From an uncultured Clostridium sp. (GTDB taxonomy: Bacteria > Bacillota > Clostridia > Christensenellales > CAG-138): a DNA stretch of 64,000 nucleotides. Below the pieces are notes generated by a model. That model did not search any database. It was not told the DNA's origin and saw nothing but the letters and a program-made list of their open reading frames with translations. The position numbers and the translations under genes are program-made. The stretch lies in NCBI GenBank assembly GCA_964487565.1, contig CAZARN010000001.1, positions 93,536 through 157,535 of the forward strand, written 5' to 3'. Shown piece by piece: positions 9,077 through 17,459 of this stretch (its first letter is position 1; every line of letters begins with the position of its first letter).

Positions 9077-9566
9077 CGGCGTTCACCTCGTTCTTTTCAA
9101 ATATTATGCGCATAAGCTCGATGAGCCTTGCATCGTTGCCCTTGAGATATAAATAACCCATCAGCGCCTCAAGCCCCGTCGCGGTGCGGTAATCCACGAT
9201 GCTCTGGTTCTTGGCGACAGTGCCCATGTGCGCGTTGCGGCCGCGCTTGTATACGCCAAGCTCCTCCTCGCAAAGAAGAGGCTCGATGAGCCTTGCCGCC
9301 GTCGCCTGCCCCGCCGCGCAAACGCGCTGTGCGCTCAGCAGGTGAAGCTGATGAACCTTTGCATCCATGCGCTCCACAAGATATGTGCGCACGAAAAGAT
9401 CGTACACGGTATCGCCGATGTAGGCGAGGTTGAGCGCGCTCATCTGCGCGGGGTCCTTCGCGCCGCATTCCGGTAGCGCACGGTCCACGCAAGCCCTGAG
9501 TATGTGCATATTTCCACAAATATCATCCATCAATCGTATTATAACCTTACACGCATGAGGATTCAA
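9069..9566 (-). CDS. mrnC: Mini-ribonuclease 3 (MrnC/YazC)
   Basis: The 165-aa product has the RNase III-like signature LNLAYIGDTVYDLFVRTYLV. It overlaps thyX by 8 nt. The gene order mrnC–(thyX)–rlmB–sigH is as in Bacillus. Confidence 0.75.
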   Translation of the reverse strand: MNPHACKVIIRLMDDICGNMHILRACVDRALPECGAKDPAQMSALNLAYIGDTVYDLFVRTYLVERMDAKVHQLHLLSAQRVCAAGQATAARLIEPLLCEEELGVYKRGRNAHMGTVAKNQSIVDYRTATGLEALMGYLYLKGNDARLIELMRIIFEKNEVNADA

Positions 9567-9631
9567 GCAAAACCGCGCGTCGCGCCGCAGGTTAACAAAG
9601 TGTGACGAATCGCCTGCGGGGCGTCATAAAC

Positions 9632-9660
9632 CTTGCAAAGAAAATGGAAAGATAGTAAAA
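9632..9660 (+). promoter_or_regulatory. Sigma-A-type promoter candidate for the hydrolase–cotH operon
   Basis: TTGCAA (9632..9637), a 17-nt spacer and TAAAAT (9655..9660) lie about 55 nt upstream of the GTG start at 9715. Confidence 0.35.
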
Positions 9661-9714
9661 TAAACTGATAATATGTCCGCAGCATGGATTTTTGCCGCGG
9701 ATAGGAGGATTTTC

Positions 9715-10689
9715 GTGAGTTTTTCGCTTGAAGTCAAGAAGTTCATCAACTCCGAACATACAGGAGAGTATGTGGATATAATGCTCCCTCTGCAGGCGGA
9801 GGAGCCTGTCCGTCCGTCAAAAAAAGCAGCCGCTGCGGCCGACGGTGAGAGCGCACCCGAAAGCGCGCCCGAAAGCGCGCCGGAGCCTCAGTTTGAGACT
9901 GTCAAGCTCCATTATATGGAGGCGGGAGAGGGCGAACCGCTGATACTGGTGCATTCCGTGGGGCAGTCACTGTATACCTGGCGCAATCTTTTCGACAGAC
10001 TGTCGCAGCATTACCGCACGATCGCGCTGGATCTGCCGGGTCACGGCTACTCGTCAAGGCCGGAGAGCTTCGGCTATGCGGTGGAGGATATCGCCTTTTC
10101 GATCCGCGCCTTCATGGACGCTATGGGCATAAAAAGCGCGCATTTTGTGGGCTTTTCACTGGGCTGTGCGCCCGTGATGCGCATCGCCGCGGATAATCCG
10201 GAGCGGGTGGGCCGCGTGGTGCTGCTCTCTCCCGGCGGGGTGACGCCCGATATGCCGCTTACCGTGCGCCTTATCGACAGTCCGCTGCTCGGCTTTGCCG
10301 CAAGTTACCTATATAATATGCGAACCTGCGAAAAGCTGCTCAACGATGCGGTGTTCGACCTCACAAACATCACGCCCGACGTGGTGCAGGAGTATTACCG
10401 CACGATCTCGGACGGCGCATCTAGACGCGCCGTGCGCATGTCCCTTCAATGTTTCGAGGACGAAGCGGTGATAGCTTCGCTTCGCGATGTGCAGGTGCCC
10501 GTGCTCATCCTTCAGGGCAGCGAGGACAAATGGCACCCTGCGGAGGTCGGCGCGGAGCTTTATCACGCAGCCATGCGCAATGCCGCGTTCTCCGTCGTGC
10601 GCAACGCGGGGCATCTCATTCAGGAGGAGAAGCCCGAACGCATACTTGCCGCGCTGCTTGAGTTCATACCGGTGGTGATGCCTGAGTGA
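9715..10689 (+). CDS. Alpha/beta hydrolase fold protein
   Basis: The product has the HSVGQS...GFSLGC nucleophile-elbow region and Asp/His catalytic-triad context (GSEDKWHP...NAGHLIQEE). The N-terminus carries a SAPESAPESAPE repeat. The GTG at 9715 has an AGGAGG Shine-Dalgarno sequence 6 nt upstream. The track ORF starts at 9673 and has no Shine-Dalgarno sequence. The stop codon overlaps the GTG start of cotH (GTGA). Confidence 0.7.
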   Translation: MSFSLEVKKFINSEHTGEYVDIMLPLQAEEPVRPSKKAAAAADGESAPESAPESAPEPQFETVKLHYMEAGEGEPLILVHSVGQSLYTWRNLFDRLSQHYRTIALDLPGHGYSSRPESFGYAVEDIAFSIRAFMDAMGIKSAHFVGFSLGCAPVMRIAADNPERVGRVVLLSPGGVTPDMPLTVRLIDSPLLGFAASYLYNMRTCEKLLNDAVFDLTNITPDVVQEYYRTISDGASRRAVRMSLQCFEDEAVIASLRDVQVPVLILQGSEDKWHPAEVGAELYHAAMRNAAFSVVRNAGHLIQEEKPERILAALLEFIPVVMPE

Positions 10690-13673
10690 AAAAAGGTGCA
10701 AAAGCGCTGCTTGCGCTCATACTGCTTGCGGTCGCCGTGATCGCGGTGGCAATATATCTCGGCAAAACCCCGTCCGAGGACGGGGCTGCTGCGGCGCAGC
10801 TTGAAATAAGCGAGGTAATGTCGAGCAACAAAGGCTCCGTGGCCGATCCGGAGGGCAATTATCCGGACTGGATAGAATTCCGCAACATATCGGGCAAGGA
10901 GCTTGACATAGGCGGCCTCGGCGTGAGCGACGACCTGACGGCGGGCGTTAAATACGTGTTCCCGGCAGGCACGAAGCTGCCCGCGGACGGCTATATAGTG
11001 ATATGGTGTTCGGGCGAAGCGACAGACGATCTGCACGCGGCGTTCCGCGTGTCGGCGTCCGACAGCGTGGTGCTCTTTTCCGCGTCGGGCAGCACGCTCG
11101 ACACGCTCGTGCTGCACGCGGTGGATTCCGGCATGAGCTATGCCAAGGACGCATCCGGCTCATGGACGGCGATGCAGCCGACCCCGGGCTTTTCAAACGA
11201 CGAAGCGGGCGTTGAAGCATATAAGAACACTTTGCTCGGCCAAACGGACACGGGCATATACATAAACGAGTTCATGGCCTCAAACGCGACGACGCTCATC
11301 GACGCATACGGCAATTATTCGGACTGGATCGAGCTTTACAACTCCACGGACACGGATTTTGATCTTTCCGGGTGCGGTATTTCCGATACTCTCACCCAGC
11401 CGAAGAAATACGTCGTTCCCGAAGGCGCAGTGATACCGGCAAAGGGCTTCCTCGTCATATTCTGCTCCGGCAGCGAGGGCTTCGCGGAAAACGGGGAACT
11501 GCACGCGCCGTTCGGCCTTCGCGCATACGGGGAGGACGTCGTCCTTTCTTCGCCGACAGGCGCGATCATGGACAGCGTGACATATGAACGCCAGTCAAGC
11601 GACGTTTCAAGCGCGCGAACGCCTGACGGAACGGGAGAATTTGCGCTGAACACACACCCCACGCCCGGCTATGCGAACGACGATTCGGGCTATACCGCGT
11701 TCATGGCGGCAAACGCATATCCGCGGGGCGAGCTTTCAATCTCGGAAATGCTCGGCGCCAACGTATCCACAAAGACGGCGGGCGACGGCGGGTCCTACGA
11801 TCTCATTGAGATACACAACGCCGGCTCAGAGCCGGCGTCTCTTTTAGGGTATGCCCTTTCAAACAATCCCGGCAATCCGGGCAAATGGTATTTTCCGGAT
11901 GTGACGGTGCCCGCGGGCGGATATATTGTGGTGTACGCCTCCGGCCTTGACAAAAACGAAAACGGAGAGCTGCACACCAATTTCGGCATAAGCCGGGACG
12001 GAGATTCGGTTTATCTGTTTACGCCGGAGGCACAGCTTATCGACAAGCTTCAGTCCGGCGCTTTCCTCAACGATGTGAGCTACGGACGCGATGCGCAGGG
12101 GAAGCTTGCCTATTTTGAAACCCCGACGTTCGGCGCCGCAAACGGCACGGGCTTTGCCGGGATAACCGCGGAGGTGTCGTTCGATACAACGCCCGGCGTT
12201 TATGATTCCGCGGTGGAGATCACGCTGTCCGCGCCGGAGGGCGAGACCATCCACTATACGACGGACTGCACCACCCCCACAGCCTCCTCCCCCGTGTACG
12301 CCGCACCTATCCATGCGGAAAAGAACACGGTCGTGCGCGCGGTGAGCGTGCGCGAGGGCTATATCACCAACCAGACCGTGTCCGGCACATTTCTTTTCAA
12401 ATCGGACGGCGCGGATCACGCCCTTCCGGTGGTCACGCTCGTGACGGATCCCGATAACCTCTGGAGCAGCGCGACGGGCATTTATGCCTATGGCGACAAA
12501 TACGATCCGGACCTTGCGACGCTTGGCGACATACTCAACACGGCGCAGTATTATCTGAGCAAGAAGGACCCGGACGCATGGGAACGCCCCGCCTGCTTTT
12601 CCGTGTTTGACGAGAGCGGCAGCGAGGTTTTCTCGCAGAACGTAGGCATACGGATCGCCGGCAGCTTCGGGCGGGCGAGGGCGCAGAAGGGCTTCAATAT
12701 TTTCGCGCGGGATGAGTACGGCGCGGACAGAATGAAGTATAAATTTTTCGATCAGCTCGATTACACGGAATACAAGTCCCTCGTTTTGCGCGCGGGCGCA
12801 CAGGATCAGGGCAACGGCAAATTCCGTGACGAGCTTGCGACAGGCCTTCTTGCCGGAACGGACGTGAACATACTCTATCAGGCGTACAAGCCGTATGTGC
12901 TCTATCTCAACGGCGAATACTGGGGCGTTTACTTCCTCAAAGAGAAGCGCAACCGCTTTTTTGTGGAGCAGCACGAAGGGCTTGACAACGCGACAGATCT
13001 CGATATAATCCGCAGCTCGGATTATGCCTATTACGGCTCAAGCGCGCAGTGGAAGGAACTGATGAGCTATGTTGCCGCGCACGACCTCAACGACGCTTCG
13101 GCCTATGCCTATGTTGAGGAGCGGGTGGATCTTTCAAGCTTCATGGACTATATGATCTGCGAGATATATTCCGCGAATTCCGACGTTTGGAACATCCAGT
13201 ATTACAAGGTGGACGGCGGAAAGTGGAAATGGATATACTATGACTTTTGCTGGAGCTTCGGCTCAAGCGCCAATCAGTATGACCACCAGACGCTGTCGAT
13301 CAGGCGGCAGTCGATAAAGCCGTGCAGCGACCTTTTTAACGCCCTTTTGAAGGTCCCTTCCTGGCAGGACGCCTTTTGCAGAAGATTTGCCGAAATTCTC
13401 AAAACCGTGTATGCGCCGGAGCGTGTGAACGCCCTCATCGACGAGCTTTATGCCGAAACGGAGCCGGAGATCGCACGGGAGAGGGAAAAGTTCAACGGCT
13501 CGACATGGCTCGGCGTGAAACAGCCCGACGTGAATATTTCAAGCTATGACACGTTTGTGAAGCATGTTGAAATAATGCGCGAATTTGCCCAGAAACGGCC
13601 GGAATCCCTCAAAAAGCAGATTCAGAAGGAGTTTGGCCTTTCGGATGCGTATATGCAGGAGGTTTTCGGATGA
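10686..13673 (+). CDS. cotH: CotH family kinase-like protein with an N-terminal membrane anchor, three lamin-tail domains (LTD) and a CHB_HEX_C-like domain
   Basis: The 995-aa product has an N-terminal TM segment (ALLALILLAVAVIAVAIYLG). Three LTD-like repeats follow (GNYPDWIEFRN...; GNYSDWIELYN...; GSYDLIEIHN...), then a HYTTDCTTPTASSPVY (beta-hexosaminidase C-like) segment. The C-terminal CotH domain reads VFDESGSEV...GIRIAGSFGRARAQKGFNIFARDEYG...LVLRAGAQDQGN...YVLYLNGEYWGVYFLKEK. The GTG start is coupled to the upstream hydrolase gene. Confidence 0.8.
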   Translation: MKKGAKALLALILLAVAVIAVAIYLGKTPSEDGAAAAQLEISEVMSSNKGSVADPEGNYPDWIEFRNISGKELDIGGLGVSDDLTAGVKYVFPAGTKLPADGYIVIWCSGEATDDLHAAFRVSASDSVVLFSASGSTLDTLVLHAVDSGMSYAKDASGSWTAMQPTPGFSNDEAGVEAYKNTLLGQTDTGIYINEFMASNATTLIDAYGNYSDWIELYNSTDTDFDLSGCGISDTLTQPKKYVVPEGAVIPAKGFLVIFCSGSEGFAENGELHAPFGLRAYGEDVVLSSPTGAIMDSVTYERQSSDVSSARTPDGTGEFALNTHPTPGYANDDSGYTAFMAANAYPRGELSISEMLGANVSTKTAGDGGSYDLIEIHNAGSEPASLLGYALSNNPGNPGKWYFPDVTVPAGGYIVVYASGLDKNENGELHTNFGISRDGDSVYLFTPEAQLIDKLQSGAFLNDVSYGRDAQGKLAYFETPTFGAANGTGFAGITAEVSFDTTPGVYDSAVEITLSAPEGETIHYTTDCTTPTASSPVYAAPIHAEKNTVVRAVSVREGYITNQTVSGTFLFKSDGADHALPVVTLVTDPDNLWSSATGIYAYGDKYDPDLATLGDILNTAQYYLSKKDPDAWERPACFSVFDESGSEVFSQNVGIRIAGSFGRARAQKGFNIFARDEYGADRMKYKFFDQLDYTEYKSLVLRAGAQDQGNGKFRDELATGLLAGTDVNILYQAYKPYVLYLNGEYWGVYFLKEKRNRFFVEQHEGLDNATDLDIIRSSDYAYYGSSAQWKELMSYVAAHDLNDASAYAYVEERVDLSSFMDYMICEIYSANSDVWNIQYYKVDGGKWKWIYYDFCWSFGSSANQYDHQTLSIRRQSIKPCSDLFNALLKVPSWQDAFCRRFAEILKTVYAPERVNALIDELYAETEPEIAREREKFNGSTWLGVKQPDVNISSYDTFVKHVEIMREFAQKRPESLKKQIQKEFGLSDAYMQEVFG

Positions 13674-14368
13674 TGGGTGAAACGGGTTACCGTCACGAGC
13701 TGAAATACTATATAAATCAGGGCGATTACACCTTGCTTAGCCGCAAGCTCAGCCTTACAATGGAACAGGACAGCTACGCCGCCAGGGCAGGCGGAGAGTA
13801 TTTTATCCGCAGTCTGTATTTCGACGACCTTGACGACAACGCCCTGAGGGAAAAGCTTGACGGCGTTGACGACAGGGACAAGTTCCGCATACGCATATAC
13901 AACATGCGCGACGACGCGATAAAGCTTGAGTGCAAGCACAAGGACAACGGATACATCAAAAAGCAGTCCGTCGCCCTTTCCCGCGCGGAATATGAGACGC
14001 TGCGCCGCGGGGATTACACCTTCCTTCTGCACAGGCCGGAGCCTTTCGCAAGGCGCATGTTCGCGGAGTTTTCGCTGCGTCCGCTGCGCCCCGTCGTGAT
14101 CGTTGATTATATGCGCGAGGCATATACGTTCCCTGTTGAGGACGTGCGCGTGACGTTTGACAAGAACATACGCACGGCGATGCGCTCAACGGCCCTTTTT
14201 GACCCTCATGTGCCGACATATCCCGTCATCGAGGATTATGACATGGTGCTGGAGATAAAATTCAACCGTTATCTGCCGACATATATCCGCGCGCTGCTTC
14301 AGATGGACGCCCATGCGAGAAGCGCCGTGAGCAAATATGTGCTGTGCAGAAAATACGAACTCTCTTGA
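13670..14368 (+). CDS. VTC domain (CYTH-like polyphosphate polymerase domain) protein
   Basis: The 232-aa product starts MMGETGYRHELKYYI..., an ExK-type CYTH/VTC signature. It overlaps cotH by 4 nt (ATGA). VTC/DUF4956/CotH are known genomic neighbours. Confidence 0.65.
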   Translation: MMGETGYRHELKYYINQGDYTLLSRKLSLTMEQDSYAARAGGEYFIRSLYFDDLDDNALREKLDGVDDRDKFRIRIYNMRDDAIKLECKHKDNGYIKKQSVALSRAEYETLRRGDYTFLLHRPEPFARRMFAEFSLRPLRPVVIVDYMREAYTFPVEDVRVTFDKNIRTAMRSTALFDPHVPTYPVIEDYDMVLEIKFNRYLPTYIRALLQMDAHARSAVSKYVLCRKYELS

Positions 14369-14387
14369 AGGAGGAATAACCGCTTTT

Positions 14388-15038
14388 ATGTTTTCTTTTT
14401 CAGACATCTTTACCATCACCCTCAGTCCGCTGCAGGTCGTGGCAACGCTCGTCATTGCCTTCCTCGTGGGTCTTTTCCTGTTCTTCATATATAAGAAGAC
14501 CTTCGGCGGCGTGATGTATTCGCGCAACTTCAACATCGGCCTTATAATGCTGACGATGGTATCATCCCTTATGCTGATGCTCATCCACAACAGCCTTGCG
14601 CTTTCCCTCGGCATGGTCGGCGCGCTTTCCATCATCCGCTTCCGCACGGCGATCAAAGACCCGATAGACACCGTTTTCATGTTCTGGGCCGTGGGCGAGG
14701 GCATCGCAGTGGGCGTCGCGTTTTATGACGTGGCGGTCATCGCGGCGCTTGTCATCGGCGTCATCATGGTGCTGCTGACGGTCTTCCGCGGCAAGGGCAG
14801 CCAGCCGTACCTTCTCATAATCCATTATGACGACGCGGCTTCGGGCCAGATAAAGCAGCTCGTGAAGCAGCTTCCCGGCGGCAGGCTCAAGAGCAAGACC
14901 GTCCAGCGCGACGGCATAGAGCTTACCATGGAGGTGCGCCTGAGGGATAACGAGACGGGCTTTGTTGAAAAATTTCTCCGCGTGGACGGCGTATTCGACG
15001 CGGCGCTCATCTCCCATCAGGGCGATATCGTGAGCTGA
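14388..15038 (+). CDS. DUF4956 domain membrane protein
   Basis: The product has four TM segments and an LSIIRFRTAIKDPID motif. The ATG at 14388 has a GAAGGAGG Shine-Dalgarno sequence upstream. The track ORF starts at 14337, inside the VTC gene. Confidence 0.6.
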   Translation: MFSFSDIFTITLSPLQVVATLVIAFLVGLFLFFIYKKTFGGVMYSRNFNIGLIMLTMVSSLMLMLIHNSLALSLGMVGALSIIRFRTAIKDPIDTVFMFWAVGEGIAVGVAFYDVAVIAALVIGVIMVLLTVFRGKGSQPYLLIIHYDDAASGQIKQLVKQLPGGRLKSKTVQRDGIELTMEVRLRDNETGFVEKFLRVDGVFDAALISHQGDIVS

Positions 15039-15145
15039 GGCGGACGCTGCTTCAACAGACGCGAATTTTGGATCAAGAGCAAGGCTGTTTTAACAAACGG
15101 CCTCGCTTTATGTATAGACAAGGTTAAAAGGAAGGGCCGGAGCAA

Positions 15146-16879
15146 ATGGAACTCATCCGAAAATTCATCTCCTATTACAAACCGCACAAAAAGCTGTTCA
15201 CGCTTGACATGGTGTGCGCGTTCATCGTGGCCGTGTGCGATCTGTTTTATCCCATGATCGCAAAGGACATAATCAACACCTATGTGCCAGGGCGGGATCT
15301 GCGCTCCCTCGTCATGTGGGCGGCGATACTGCTGGGGATCTATCTGCTCAAGGCCGGACTGAATTACGTCATTCAGTATTGGGGCCATATCGTCGGCGTG
15401 CGGATGCAGGCCGATATGCGCCACGACATGTTCCTGCATCTGCAAAAGCTGCCGTTCTCCTTTTATGATGAAAACAAGACCGGCACGATAATGAGCCGCA
15501 TGATAAACGACCTTCAGGATGTGAGCGAGCTTGCCCACCACGGCCCTGAGGATCTTTTCATATCGGGTATAACGCTCGTCGGCTCCTTCATAATGCTTGC
15601 AAGCATAAATTTGTATCTTGCGCTTATAGTGTTTGCAATATTGCCGTTCATGATATTCTTCGCGTGGAAGATGCGCCAGCAGATGAAGACCGCTTTCCGC
15701 CGCACGCGCGAGGAAGTGGCCGAGGTGAACGCCAATGTTGAAACCGCGATCGCCGGCATCCGCGTTTCCCGCTCGTATACGGCGGCGCCCCACGAGAACG
15801 AGAAGTTCGACGTTGCGAACGAACGCTATAAGAAAGCCCGCGCCTCCGCTTACCGCGCGATGGCGGCCTTCGGCTCAGGCATGGCTTTTTTCAACGATTT
15901 TCTGTATGTCATCGTGCTTGTGTCCGGCGGGTTGTTCTTCTTTTACGGAAAGATCGACAGCGGCAGCTTTGCCGCGTTCCTGCTTTATATCTCCATGTTC
16001 ATGAAACCCATCAACCGTCTCGTTTCCCTTTTTGAACAGCTCCAGAACGGCATGACGGGCTTTTCGCGCTTCAACGATATAATGAATGTGAACGACGAGG
16101 TGGATGAAGGCTCCCTTGAGGCGACAGAGCTTAAGGGCGACATCGCCTTTGACGACGTGAGCTTCCGTTACAGCAATTCAGACGCGGCGGACGCAGAGGA
16201 AAAGGTGATATCCCATCTCACGATGCGCATAGAACCCGGCCATACCGTGGCGCTCGTCGGCCCGTCGGGCGGCGGCAAAACCACGCTGTGCAACCTCATC
16301 CCTCGGTTTTATGAGGTGGACAGCGGCTCCATCTCCATCGACGGACACGATATACGCTCCCTCACGCGCTACTCCCTCAGGCGCAACATAGGCATCGTGC
16401 AGCAGGATGTTTTCCTCTTTAACGGTACGGTGCGCGAAAACATCGCTTACGGCGACCTTGAGGCGACGGACGAAGAGATAATCGAGGCCGCAAAGAAGGC
16501 CAACATCCATGATTACGTCATGACCCTCGAGGAAGGCTACGACACGAACGTGGGCGAGCGTGGCATCAAGCTTTCGGGCGGTCAGAAGCAGCGCATATCC
16601 ATCGCGCGCGTGTTCCTGAAAAACCCGTCGATACTCATCCTTGACGAGGCGACCTCCGCGCTTGACAACGCCACGGAAATGCTCATACAGCAATCCCTCT
16701 CAAAGCTTTCCGAGGGGCGGACATGCCTTGTCGTGGCGCACAGGCTTTCGACGATCAAAAACGCGGATGAGATAATCGTGCTCACGCGCGACGGCATAGC
16801 GGAGCGCGGCACGCATGAGGAGCTTATCGCAGGAAACGGCATTTACGCCGGGCTTTACAAGTATCAGTTCAGGGAATAA
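15146..16879 (+). CDS. ABC transporter ATP-binding/permease protein (exporter)
   Basis: The 577-aa product has a six-TM domain and a nucleotide-binding domain with GPSGGGKTT, LSGGQKQRISIARVFL and ILILDEATSALD. Confidence 0.85.
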   Translation: MELIRKFISYYKPHKKLFTLDMVCAFIVAVCDLFYPMIAKDIINTYVPGRDLRSLVMWAAILLGIYLLKAGLNYVIQYWGHIVGVRMQADMRHDMFLHLQKLPFSFYDENKTGTIMSRMINDLQDVSELAHHGPEDLFISGITLVGSFIMLASINLYLALIVFAILPFMIFFAWKMRQQMKTAFRRTREEVAEVNANVETAIAGIRVSRSYTAAPHENEKFDVANERYKKARASAYRAMAAFGSGMAFFNDFLYVIVLVSGGLFFFYGKIDSGSFAAFLLYISMFMKPINRLVSLFEQLQNGMTGFSRFNDIMNVNDEVDEGSLEATELKGDIAFDDVSFRYSNSDAADAEEKVISHLTMRIEPGHTVALVGPSGGGKTTLCNLIPRFYEVDSGSISIDGHDIRSLTRYSLRRNIGIVQQDVFLFNGTVRENIAYGDLEATDEEIIEAAKKANIHDYVMTLEEGYDTNVGERGIKLSGGQKQRISIARVFLKNPSILILDEATSALDNATEMLIQQSLSKLSEGRTCLVVAHRLSTIKNADEIIVLTRDGIAERGTHEELIAGNGIYAGLYKYQFRE

Positions 16880-17241
16880 CGGCCGTCCCCGCGCGCAAGG
16901 CAATGCGCCGTCCGGTCGGGAACGTCCCGTTGCAACTCCTCTGTGCCGCCTGCCGCGTAGATGGCGGTACGCTAGGTGAACGAAACGGTTTGAGAAAGGC
17001 TCCCTCATTGAGGGAGCCTTAAAAATGCAGCTCTAACGCGCAGGCAAGCGACGCGCGCAGGCCTGATATTCATATCACATGTTAAATATTGTTATTTTTC
17101 AATTTACACAATTGACACATATATATGCAAAAACGGTGGTATAATAGCGCATAAACGGCAGAAAACCATGCAATAACAGTTGAAGGGACAACATATAATT
17201 GTACCGATATACGAAAGCAATATGCTTCGAATCGATAAATG

Positions 17242-17459
17242 AAAAGCGCCCCCCTGAGGGAGGCGCTTTCTGTGCGTATATCGGGTTCCCCAACGGGGAG
17301 TTTGAATTACGCGCGAACCTTCTTGACGGTCACGACGGCGGCGGCGACGAGCGCGAGAGCGATCATCACGAAGCCAACCACGGTGGTGGCGTCACCGGTC
17401 TGCGGGGGCTCGACGGTGGGGTTGGTGACGGTGACATAACCGGCGGGGTACACGAGGGT
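17242..17459. repeat. Outer inverted repeat, left copy (3' end of gene A plus its terminator)
   Basis: This 218-bp segment is identical, apart from one silent GGT/GGC difference, to the reverse complement of 20759..20976. It encodes TLVYPAGYVTVTNPTVEPPQTGDATTVVGFVMIALALVAAAVVTVKKVRA. Confidence 0.85.
17245..17267. terminator. Terminator hairpin downstream of surface-protein gene A, forming part of the outer inverted repeat
   Basis: AGCGCCCCCCTGAGGGAGGCGCT is flanked by A and T tracts. It mirrors the terminator after gene B. Confidence 0.5.

Noticed and set aside
11859-12974. A 371-aa minus-strand ORF inside cotH
   Set aside because: It is an antisense GC-rich frame within a confidently assigned CotH gene.
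16990-17025. The palindrome AAGGCTCCCTCATTGAGGGAGCCTT after the ABC exporter
   Set aside because: It may be a terminator, but it lacks a U-tract on the plus strand. It is kept only as a possible structure and not called as a feature.
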